From positions 20,499,309 through 20,563,308 of the forward strand of contig NC_092379.1 in assembly GCF_030028105.1 (NCBI RefSeq): DNA of 64,000 nt, in the 5' to 3' direction. Under the pieces are notes generated by a model. The model was given only the letters and a program-made list of their open reading frames with translations, searched no databases and had not been told where the DNA came from. This document shows, piece by piece, positions 20,111 through 31,030 of this stretch. Within the stretch, counting starts at the first letter, position 1; each line of letters begins with the position of its first letter. The stretch comes from Mobula birostris (Eukaryota). The position numbers and the translations under genes are program-made.

Positions 20111-23100
20111 ATGGTACTTAAACAGATAAACGTTGTTAGTTGGAATGTACGTGGCTGGAATCACCCTGTTGAGCGAAAGAAGACATTTACAGTTTTTAAT
20201 CGATTCCAGCCCGATATAATTTTTGCTCAAGAAACGCATATCAGAACGGGCGATCAAAATAGATTTTTTAAAACATGGAAGGGTCTGCAATAACATGCTA
20301 CCTGTCAAAATAAAACAAAGGGAGTATCTATTTTTATTGAATCTAATATTTTATTTATTCAAGAAGACATTTTCTCAGATAATAATGGTAGATTTTTAAT
20401 TATTAAAGAAACAATTTGTAATAGAAAAATTATCCTGGTCAATCTATACGGACCTAATGTAGATGATCCTTTTTTAAAAAATGTATTTGGTTTATTACCA
20501 GACTTAAATGAATATATGCTGCTGATGGGAGGTGACTTCAACTGTTGTTTAAACTCTTTGATTGACAAGAGTTCAACCAATCAGCAGCTTCCGAGTCGTT
20601 CGGCAACACTTATTAATTCTTTTTTAATTGATTATGTTCTGATAGAAATCTGGAGAAATTTACATCCTAATGACAGAGATTATTCTTTTTATTCATATGT
20701 TCATAATAAATATTCGAGAATTGAGTATTTTATAGCTGATTTCCGATTTTTGTCCAAAGTCCAGAAATGTGAATATGATGCTATTGCAGTCTCGGATCAT
20801 GCGCCTTTAAGCTTAACTTTTGAGTTAAATGATGTTAGTAATGTAAACTTGCCTTGCCGCTTTCCAGAAAATTTATTACAAAGTTCGGACTTTGTTAAAT
20901 TTATAGAGATTCAGATAAAAGATTTCTTCCTTCTTAATAATACGGGGGATGTCTCGAAATTGATTATATGGGATACACTCAAAGCATATTTGCGAGGTCA
21001 GATACTATCTTATTTGGCTAAACTCAAGAAACAGACAAAAATAGAGCTAGATAGAATTTCCAAACTAATTGAAGGTCTGGATAATTCTTATGCAGTTTCT
21101 CCTAATGTTGATTTATTTAAACATAGGGTTGAACTTAAATCACAATATAATTTACTATTAACTTATCCTATTGAAAAAAATTTGCTTAAATTAAAAAATC
21201 AATTTTATATGTTTGGAGATAAAAGTAACAAGCTATTAGCATCTCAACTTAAAGCAGTTAGAGCTAAAACAAATTTTTAAAATTCGTAAGGGAGATGGTA
21301 GTTTAGCTTGTAATTATGAAGATATTAATAAAAATTTTCAAGACTATTATAGTTAACTCTATAACTCTCAGTTTCCAGCTGACCCTTCTAATATGTTTGC
21401 CTTTTTACAAAAGATTGATTTTCCTGGAATATCTGTTGAAAATTAGCAAATTCTTGCTGCTCCTTTTACTGAAAGAGAAATTCAGAAAGCTATTCTTTCA
21501 ATGCAATCTGGTAAAGCTCCTGGATTGGATGGTTTTACTGCAGGATTTTATAAAAAATTTGAACATTTGCTTACTTCTTATATGTTGGAAATGCTTAAAG
21601 ATTCTCTCCTGTTAGGAGAGTTACCTTCCACATTTTATGAAGCTGCTATTTCTTTAATTCTTAAGAAAGATAAAGACCCTACTGATTGTACTTCATGTAG
21701 ACCTACTTCATTATTAAATGTGGATGCCAAAATTCTTTCAAAAATAATGGCTAATCGGATGGAGAATATACTAGCTAAAATTATTTCTCAGGATCAAATG
21801 GGTTTTACAAAAGGCTGTTATTCTTTTTCTAACACTTGGAGATTGTTAAATATTATATACTCATCCCTATCTAAGATTCCCAATGTGTTGTTTCTCTAGA
21901 TGCTGAAAAGGCATTTGATAGAGTTGAATGGAGAATATTTAAAGTTTTGAAGAAATTTAGCTTTGGTACTAATTTTAATAAATGGATTACATTGATATAT
22001 AAAAGCCCCATTGCCACTGTTATTACTAATAACTGTAGATCCCCCTTTTTCCAACTTTCCCGGGGTATGAAAAAAGGATGTCCGTTAAGTCCTCTGTTAT
22101 TTAATTTGATGTTGGAACCTTTGGCTATTGCACTTCTTGAAGCTAAAAATATTCAAGGAATTTCTATAAATGGGACCATTCATAAGATCTCCCTTTATGC
22201 GGATGATCTTTTGGTTTATGTTTCGAATCCCGAAGAATCTATTCCTAACTTACTGAAATTATTAAATGAATATGAATTGTTTTCAGGATATAAATTAAAC
22301 CTGCATAAAAGTGAATTATTTCCTTTAAATGATTCTGCTTCTATATATGATGACATTTCTCTAAAAGTTACGTATTCTTTTAAATATTTAGGTATTATCA
22401 TAACTAAAAATTATGGAGACCTTTATAGGGCTAATTTAGTTCCCTTAGTGGATTTTATGAAGCAATTTTTTCTAGGTGGAATCCACTTACACTTCGTTAG
22501 CAGGTCGAATTCATGCAGTGAAAATGATGATTTTACCAAAATTTTTATATGTATTTCAAAATATTCCTATTTTTTTAACTAAGAAGTTTTTTGATCAGGT
22601 TGACTCTATTATTTCATCTTTTGTTTGGAATAATAAAAGACCAAGAATTGGAAAATGTCATTTACAAAAATTAAAAAAGGATGGAGGTCTTACTTTGCCT
22701 AATTTAAGAAGGTATTATTGGGCGGTTAATATACGTTATGCGTGTTCTTGGTTATATTGGATGGATAAAAAGGAACGACCATCTTGGGTTGATTTGGAAT
22801 TGAAAATTTTGAAACAATTTCATTTAACTTCGTTATTAGGAGCTCCTTTACCTGTACAATTAGCCAAAATTTCTATTCTAAATATAAATCCTATGATTAA
22901 CCAATGATTATGAATCTGGTACCAATTTTGAAAGTTTTTTAATCTTAAAAAATTTAACCACCTTAGTTTAATTTATTGAAACTATTTATTTAAACCTTCA
23001 CTTAGTGATCCAACCTTTTCTCTTTGGTGGAATAAAGGAATTTTTTCCTTGGTGGACTTGTTTCAAGAAGGACGATTGATGTCCTTTGAGAAATTAGTAA

Positions 23101-24090
23101 CTAAATACTCTCTCTCATATTCACATTTTTTGCAATATCTTCAGGTCAGACATTTCTTACAAGAATATTTAAGTAATTTTCCATATACACAAGACTCTGA
23201 CCTGTTAGACATTATTTTAAATATGAACCCTTTAGTGAAAGGTTTTATAGGGAAAATTTATAATTTACTATTACAACAGGATAATTATCCTTTACTTAAG
23301 ATTAAGCAAGATTGGGAAAGAGAGCTTAATATGACCTTAATAACAGAGGATTGGTTGCAAATTTTGAAGCTGGTTAACTCTTCTTCGATTTGTGCCAATC
23401 ATTCTCTAATTCAATTTAAAATTGTACATCGTTATTATTTGACAAAGGAGAGATTGTCTAAAATATTTCCTAATGTAAATAGTCTGTGTGATAGATGCAA
23501 AACTGAGATAGCCATATTGACGCATATGTTTTGGTCGTGTTCTGTATTGAAACAATTTTAGAAATCTACTTTTTCCACAATTTCTAAAGCTTTGAAAATC
23601 AATTTACAACCTAAAAAATTGACAGTTTTGTTTGGTATAATTCCTCAACATATTCACGGTATTTCTATATCTGACCAATACGTAATTGCATTGGTCACAT
23701 TATTGGCTAGAAGGGCTATTTTATTAAAATGATAAGATGCCTCTGTTCCCACTCTGATACAATGGTTCTCTCAGGTGAGGTTATGTCTTAGTATGGGAAA
23801 AAATTAGAAGTCAAGCTTTTGATCCTAGATTTGACTTCGAGAAAAGGTGGGGTTCTTTTGCCCTTTATTATCATTTGACATGAGTTAATAAAGATGGTCC
23901 TTTTCTGATGGTTGGTGGTTTGGTGTCTTTTTTTAAAGGAAGCGTGTACGGTGTATAGCTCCGGGTTTGTGCTCCAAATGGGTATTTTTTTTTCCTTTTT
24001 TTTCGTTATTAGGGTTTTTCTCTGTTTTAGTTAGTAGGGGTTCTTTTTTTCTTTCTTTCTTTTTTCCATAAAAAAAGCTTTAACACTTTG
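20111..24090 (+). mobile_element. L1-clade LINE: full-span but frameshifted ORF2 plus 3' UTR, no ORF1
   Basis: SWNVRG, AQETH, GGDFN and SDH (APE); QSGKAPG and LYADD (RT); CDRC..HMFWSC C-terminal zinc knuckle. Confidence 0.92.
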
Positions 24091-24094
24091 TTTT

Positions 24095-25650
24095 TTGATT
24101 ATTATTGATAAAAAAATCAGTTGAAATAGTATCAAAAATATCTTTCCAATATTTTTTCAAAAAAGGACATGACCAAAAAATATGAATTAAAGAAGCTACC
24201 TCAAAGTGATATCTATCGCATTAAGGATTTATATGAGAATAATAACGAGCTAATTTATCCTGAGACATATGAGCCCTATCCACTACTTTAAACTGTATCA
24301 ACGCATGTTTAGCACGTATAGAGGATGAGTTAACTAATTGAAGAATTTTTTTCCCATTTTTCAATCAGTAATCTGAAGTTCCCTTTCCTTATCAGTCTTA
24401 ACTTTATTAGATACATCTGGACATATTTTCATAATTATATTATAAATAATTGCTATTACACCTTTCTGAAAAGGATTTAAATCTAAATTTTTTTCCAAAA
24501 TATCCATTGAATATAAATTCAGGAATGTAGGAGAAACAGTATTTAAAAAGTTTCTAATCGGTAAATATCTAAAAAAAAATGGGATCGAGGCAAGTTATAT
24601 TTATTAGATAATTGTTCAAAGGATATGAAACAATTATCCAAAGGTAGATCACAAAATCATACTATTCCTTTAATTTTCCAAGCCGGATATGCTTGATCCA
24701 TAATAGAGGGTTGAAAGAAGAAATTAGAGATAATAGGACTTGCCAAAATAAATTGATTCAACACAAAAAATTTTCAAAATTGAAACCATATACAATAGAC
24801 AACAGACAATAGGTGCAGAAGTGGACCATTTGGCCCTTCGAGCCTGCACCGCCATTCTGAGATCATGGCTGATCATCTACTATCAATACCCGGTTCCTGC
24901 CTTGTCCCCATAATCCATGATTCCCCTATCCATAAGGTACCTATCTAGCTCCTTTTTGAAAGCATCCAGAGAATTGGTCTCCACTGCCTTCTGAGGCAGC
25001 GCGTTCCACACCTATACATCAAGTATGTTTTACTATTCGGTTATCCATTTGTTTATACAATTTAAAATGAGTAAAGGGAAGCAAAGTCCCTAAAATAGAA
25101 CCCAGTGAAAACCCTTGTAAAGAACTACGTTCAAGATTTACCCAATGTGGACTTGAAGTTACGTCCGTCCGCTAACCAAAATTTTAAATATCGAATATTA
25201 ATTGCCCAATAGTAAAATCTAAAATTTGGCAAAGCTAAACCCCCCTCCTTTTTAGATTTCTGTATATGTCTTTTACCTAACCTAGGATTTTTGTTCTGCC
25301 ATATAGATGAAGAAATTTTGGAATCAACATTATCAAAAAAGGCTTTCGGAATGAAAATCGGCAACCCTTGAAATAAATATAAAAATTTAGGCAAAATAAT
25401 CATCTTGATAGCATTGATCCGACCGATCAATGACAGAGACGTTGGTGACCATTTAGTAAACAAAAGTTTAACCTGATCAATTAAAGGTAAAAAATTTGCC
25501 TTAAATAAATCCTTATACTTTTTCGTACTATTAACCCCCAAACATGTAAAAAAGTTGGTGACCAATTTAAATGGTAAACATCCATAAATAGGAACTTATA
25601 ACCAGAAAAATTTCTAAACTGAGCCAACAAAGATAAAATAGCGGGAATGG
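24095..25650 (-). mobile_element. L1 ORF2 remnant of a different subfamily, with a CR1 3' tail inserted at ~24795-25012
   Basis: LSLIGRINAIKMIILPKFLYLFQ..GGLALPNFRFYYWA. Confidence 0.85.
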
Positions 25651-25659
25651 ATTTCCCAG

Positions 25660-26750
25660 GATTAGAAATATATGGGAGTAGGCCATCTGGCTCGTTGAGC
25701 CTGCTCTGCCATTCAATAAGATCATGGCTGATCTGGCCATGGACTCATCTCCACATACCTGCCTTTTCCCCATGATCCTTAATTCCACTACTATGCAAAA
25801 ATCTAGCCAACCTTGTCATAAATATATCTACTGAGGTAGCTTCCACTGCTTCATTAGGCATTGAATTCACAGAGATTCACCACTCTCTGGGATAAACAGT
25901 TCCTCCTCATTTCCATCCTAAATCTACTCCCCCAAATCTTGAGGCTGCGTCCCCAAGTTCAATCCCATCTGTGTGATTGTACCCTGCCTGTTCTTGAGTT
26001 TCACTCAAATGGATTCAGTTTCTTACCTCGCCATTATGTCTCCTCTGCGTGCAGCTGTGATATTGTCCCTGACTGTTAATGCAATACCCCCACTTTATCT
26101 CCTCCTCTATCTTTTCTAAAACTTCAAAAACCTGGTACATTAATCACCCATTCCTGCCCCTCACTCAACCAAATTTCAGTAATGGCTACAACATTGTAGT
26201 TCCATGTACTGATCCATGCTCTCATTTCATCACCCTTAACCATAATACTCCTTGGTATACCCTGAATTATTCTACACCTTCCCATCCTATGTCACCTCTT
26301 TTGAATGATTTCATTTAATTTTTTGCCAACACAGGCACACTACAATTTTTTTGCCAACACAGGCACACCTTGCCTTCTGCCAACCTGCCTGTCCTTTCGA
26401 TACAATGTGTATCCCTGGATATCAAGCTCCCAACTATAATCTTCTTTCAGCCACAATTCAGTGATGCCCACACTGTCATACATGCCAATCTGTAGCTGTG
26501 CTACAAGTTAATCTATCTTATTCTGTATACTGTCTGAATTCAAAGATAACACTTTCAATCCAGTCTTCATCACCTTTTTTTGATTTTTGCCCCCCTTTTG
26601 CATCCCATTGACTGCAGTTTTGCCCTGTCATCAGCCTCTACTTGCCAGCAGTCTCACTAAAGACTGCCTTTGTTTGAAAATCAACAACTCGATCCTCAGC
26701 CTTATCTCTACATTTAATTGATTATCGATTAAAATTAGAAACTGCAGACC
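25660..26750 (-). mobile_element. CR1 remnant with intact 3' tail; paralog of 1-850
   Basis: GCCAGATGGCCTACTCCC tail at ~25675; same internal deletion junction as at ~90. Confidence 0.85.
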
Positions 26751-26751
26751 C

Positions 26752-27962
26752 TTTTAAATTTTTAGGAATTTGGTTTGATAAAAAACTCACATGGTCAACA
26801 TGTATTAAAGAAATAAAAACCCAAAGTAAGAAAGTAAGGTTAATCAGTGGGGCAATGAGGACAACACCAGTGGTGGCAATGCAGGTGGAGTTGGGAGAGA
26901 CACCTCTGGAACTGAGAAGATCACAGCTTGTGTTAACATATTGGGTAAACGTACAAGGGCCTGGAGAAAATCATCCAAGTTAACAGATTTTAGATCGATG
27001 CTGGGAAAAGGAAAGAAGGAAATTCAGAGATTTTGCACGGACTATTGAAGGGAAAGCAGAAATGACAGGAATTAGTAATAAGGCCCCAAGTGATACAGTG
27101 TCTTTTCCTGGGCTGACTCCATGACTGTGTGAAGCACCAGAGGTGGATCCTAAATTATTCAGAAAGAGATGGAAAAATAGAGAAGTCTACTTAAATCAAG
27201 ATATAGTTGAATGTTATGTAAATAATAATAATTAGGGATATTTACAAATTTACACAGATGTTTCAAAAACGGTAACACTGTTGTAGATTAGGGGTAGGAT
27301 TGGTAGTGCCTGATTTTAACATGAAAATGCAGGAGAGGATAAATGATGATTTCTCAGTGTATACAGGTGAAATGACAGCTGGACTATTGGCTTTGCAGTG
27401 GGTGGAGAAAATGAGACCATGCGAGTTGTAATATTGTCTGATTCAAGCACAACAATCCAGAGTCTAAAAGATTTGCATTCAGTGGGAAAACCAGAGGTTG
27501 TATGTGGGATAATACAAACCTTATTTCAATTTAAAATGGTATCCAGAGAGAAGTGGGGTAGTTTAGGAATGCAGGAAAGAGTAGGAAGGAGGAGGTGATA
27601 ATATCGAGACTGAGGTTTGGGCACGCAGGGTTAAAGTACCATACATCAAAGTTGCTGATGAACGCAGCAGGCCAGGCAGCATCTCTCGGAGGAGGTACAG
27701 TCGACGTTTCGGGCCGAGACCCTTCGTCAGGACATTGTACGGGGTTAAAGTACATTGTTTTTCATAAAGAAACACAACAATGGGAGGTGTGAATATTGTA
27801 ATCAACAAGACATAATCAAGAGGGGATGGACGATTTAAAAGTTATCTCAATACGATTTAACATTAACAGCATTTTGCAGGAAGGATCAGAGGATTATTGC
27901 TTTAAATAATAGTTCTATTACTTCAGAGCACAGATCTTTTTATATAAAAATGATATATAAAT
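26752..27962 (+). mobile_element. Nimb/I-clade LINE remnant, copy 2
   Basis: Paralog of 871-1975; reads FSVYTGEMTAGLLALQWVE. Confidence 0.8.
27640..27733 (-). mobile_element. ~94-bp hammerhead-headed PLE-derived insertion
   Basis: GTCCTGACGAAGGGTCTCGGCCCGAAACGTCGAC.. on the minus strand; TSD GGGTTAAAGTAC at 27628 and 27742; empty site in copy 1 at ~1745. Confidence 0.9.
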
Positions 27963-30230
27963 GATAGTGGGTGAGCATCTGGGGGACAGTGACCACCGCT
28001 CCCTGGCCTTTATAATTATCATGGAAAAGGATAGAATCAAACGGACAGGAAAATTTTTAATTGGGGAAAGGCAAATTATGAGGCTATAAGGCTAGAACTT
28101 GCAGGTGTGAATTGGGATGACGTTTTTGCAGGGAAATGTACGATGGACATGTGGTCGATGTTTAGAGATCTCTTGCGGGATGTAAGGGATAAATTTGTCC
28201 CGGTGAGGAAGATAAAGAATGGGAGGGTGAAGGAACCATGGGTGACAAGTGAGGTGGAAAATCTAGTCAGGAGGAAGAAGGCAGCATACATGAGGTTTAG
28301 GAAGCAAGGATCAGATGGGTCTATTGAGGAATATAGAGAAGCAAGAAAGGAGCTTAAGAAGGGGCTGAGAAGAGCAAGAAGGGGGCATGAGAAGGCCTTG
28401 GCGAGTAGGGTAAAGGAAAACCCCAAGGCGTTCTTCAATTATGTGAAGAAAAAAAGGATGACAGGAGTGAAGGTAGGACTGATTAGAGATAAAGGTGGGA
28501 AGATGTGGCTGGAGGCTGTGGAAGTGAGCGAGGTCTTCAATGAATACTTCTGTTCGGTATTCACCAATGAGAGGGAACTTGATGATGGTGAGGACAATAT
28601 GAGTGAGGTTGATGTTCTGGATCATGCTGATATTAAGGGAGAGGAGGTGTTGGAGTTATTAAAATACATTAGGACAGACAAGTCCCCGGGGCCTGACGGA
28701 ATATTCCCCAGGCTGCTCCACGAGGTGAGAGAAGAGACTACTGAGCCTCTGGCTAGGATCTTTATGTCCTCGTTGTCCACGGGAATGGTACCGGAGGATT
28801 GGAGGGAGGTGAATGTTGTTCCCTTGTTCAGAAAAGGTAGTAGGGATAGTCCGGGTAATTATAGACCAGTGAGCCTTCCGTCTGTGGTGGGAAAGCTGTT
28901 GGAAAAGATTCTTAGAGATAGGATCCGTAGGCATTTAGAGAATCATGGTCTGATCAGGGACAGTCAGCTTGGCTTTGTGAAGGGCAGATCGTGTCTAACA
29001 AGCCTGATAGAGTTCTTTGAGGAGGTGACCAGGCATATAGATGAGGGTAGTGCAGTGGATGTGATCTATATGGATTTTAGTAAGGCATTTGACAAGGTTC
29101 CACACGGTAGGCTTATTCAGAAAGTTAGCAGGCATGGGATCCAGGGAAGTTTGGCCAGGTGGATTCAGAATTGACTTGCCTGCAGAAGGCAGAGGGTGTT
29201 GGTGGAGGGAGTACATTCAGATTGGAGGATTGTGACTAGTGGTGTCCCACAAGGATCTGTTCTGGGACCTCTACTTTTCGTGATTTTTATTAACGACCTG
29301 GATGTCGGGGTAGAAGGGTGGGTTGGCAAGTTTGCAGACGACACAAAGGTTGGTGGTGTTGTAGATAGTGTAGAGGATTGTCGAAGATTGCAGAGAGACA
29401 TTGATAGGATGCAGAAGTGGGCTGAGAAGTGGCAGATGGAATTCAACCCGGAGAAGTGTGAGGTGGTACACTTTGGAAGGACAAACTCCAAGGCAGAGTA
29501 CAAAGTAAATGGCAGGATACTTGGTAGTGTGGAGGAGCAGAGGGATCTCGGGGTACATGTCCACAGATCCCTGAAAGTTGCCTCACAGGTGGGTAGGGTA
29601 GTTAAGAAAGCTTATGGGGTGTTAGCTTTCATAAGTCGAGGGATAGAATTTAAGAGTCGCAATGTAATGACGCAGTTCTATAAAACTCTGGTTAGGCCAC
29701 ACTTGGAGTACTGTGTCCAGTTCTGGTCACCTCACTATAGGAAGGATGTGGAAGCATTGGAAACGGTACAGAGGAGATTTACCAGGATGCTGCCTGGTTT
29801 AGAAAGTATGCATTATGATCAGAGATTAAGGGAGCTCGGGCTTTACTCTTTGGAGAGAAGGAGGATGAGAGGAGACATGATAGAGGTGTACAAGATAATA
29901 AGAGGAATAGATAGAGTGGATAGCCAGCACCTCTTCCCCAGGGCACCACTGCTCAATACAAGAGGACATGGCTTTAAGGTAAGGGGTGGGAAGTTCAAGG
30001 GGGATATTAGAGGAAGGTTTTTTACTCAGAGAGTGGTTGGTGCATGGAATGCACTGCCTGAGTCAGTGGTGGAGGCAGATACACTAGTGAAGTTTGAGAG
30101 ACTACTAGTCAGGTATATGGAGGAATCTAAGGTGGGGGCTTATATGGGAGGCAGGGTTTGAGGGTCGGCAGAACATTGTGGGCCGAAGGGCCTATACTGT
30201 GCTGTACTATTCTATGTTCTATGTTCTGTG
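27963..30230 (+). mobile_element. Young 5'-truncated CR1 specific to copy 2; ORF2 broken by a single stop
   Basis: ORFs 28107-29174 and 29196-30161 share a frame, separated by TGA (WIQN*LACRRQR); (TTCTATG)n tail. Confidence 0.93.
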
Positions 30231-30429
30231 NNNNNNNNNNNNNNNNNNNNNNNNNNNNNNNNNNNNNNNNNNNNNNNNNNNNNNNNNNNNNNNNNNNNNN
30301 NNNNNNNNNNNNNNNNNNNNNNNNNNNNNNNNNNNNNNNNNNNNNNNNNNNNNNNNNNNNNNNNNNNNNNNNNNNNNNNNNNNNNNNNNNNNNNNNNNNN
30401 NNNNNNNNNNNNNNNNNNNNNNNNNNNNN
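30231..30429. other. Assembly gap (~199 N)
   Basis: Run of N. Confidence 1.
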
Positions 30430-31030
30430 CCCACCTTCCGGTTTCTATCCTTGCCGCCGTTGGTTAAAAGGACCGACGGTCCTCCCACCCATCTTTCACG
30501 GGATTAGAGAAACATGCAGACCGCCTGTCGCTATTGGTTGATTGGTGGTCCGCACGTTGCCACCCATTGGTTTGCGCGCCTGCCGTCATACGACGTGCTC
30601 TACCATTGGTCAATTTTTTTTAAAAAAACGTGCTGAGATTGAATCGCATGAAAACATTTCGGAAAGGTCCATTTGGTTCACAAAATTAAAGTGGATGGTT
30701 CATCAAAGCTGTAAAAATTTGGAGGTTATAAATTTTATGATTGAACACAGAAAACTTTGGGAACAAAAGCGTAGCAGCCTTACGCCTGCACCGAATGGTG
30801 ATGTTTACCGGTCATTGCCGTATAAATTATTATTTCCGTACGGTATCTCTGAAGACTCGGGGAACATTGGGAACGAATTTGCTATTTCACGGTCACATGC
30901 TTTGATGTTTTGAAAAAAGAAAACTATGCTTAATGGCAGTTGCGATTGTCTTCCAAATACTGAAATGGAGACTTTAGATACCCAAACGCCCTTGCGCTTA
31001 GAATAAGCTCTATCTCGAGCGGAACTGGAG
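30430..31030. promoter_or_regulatory. Element X copy 2
   Basis: Paralog of 2174-2770; ATTGG at 30533, 30541, 30566 and 30605. Confidence 0.5.

Noticed and set aside
13329-24090. A single large palindrome or twin-primed L1
   Set aside because: The two L1 copies overlap in element coordinates, are clearly diverged and are separated by unrelated elements, so they are independent insertions
30158-30541. ORFs spanning the N run
   Set aside because: Artefacts of translating the assembly gap
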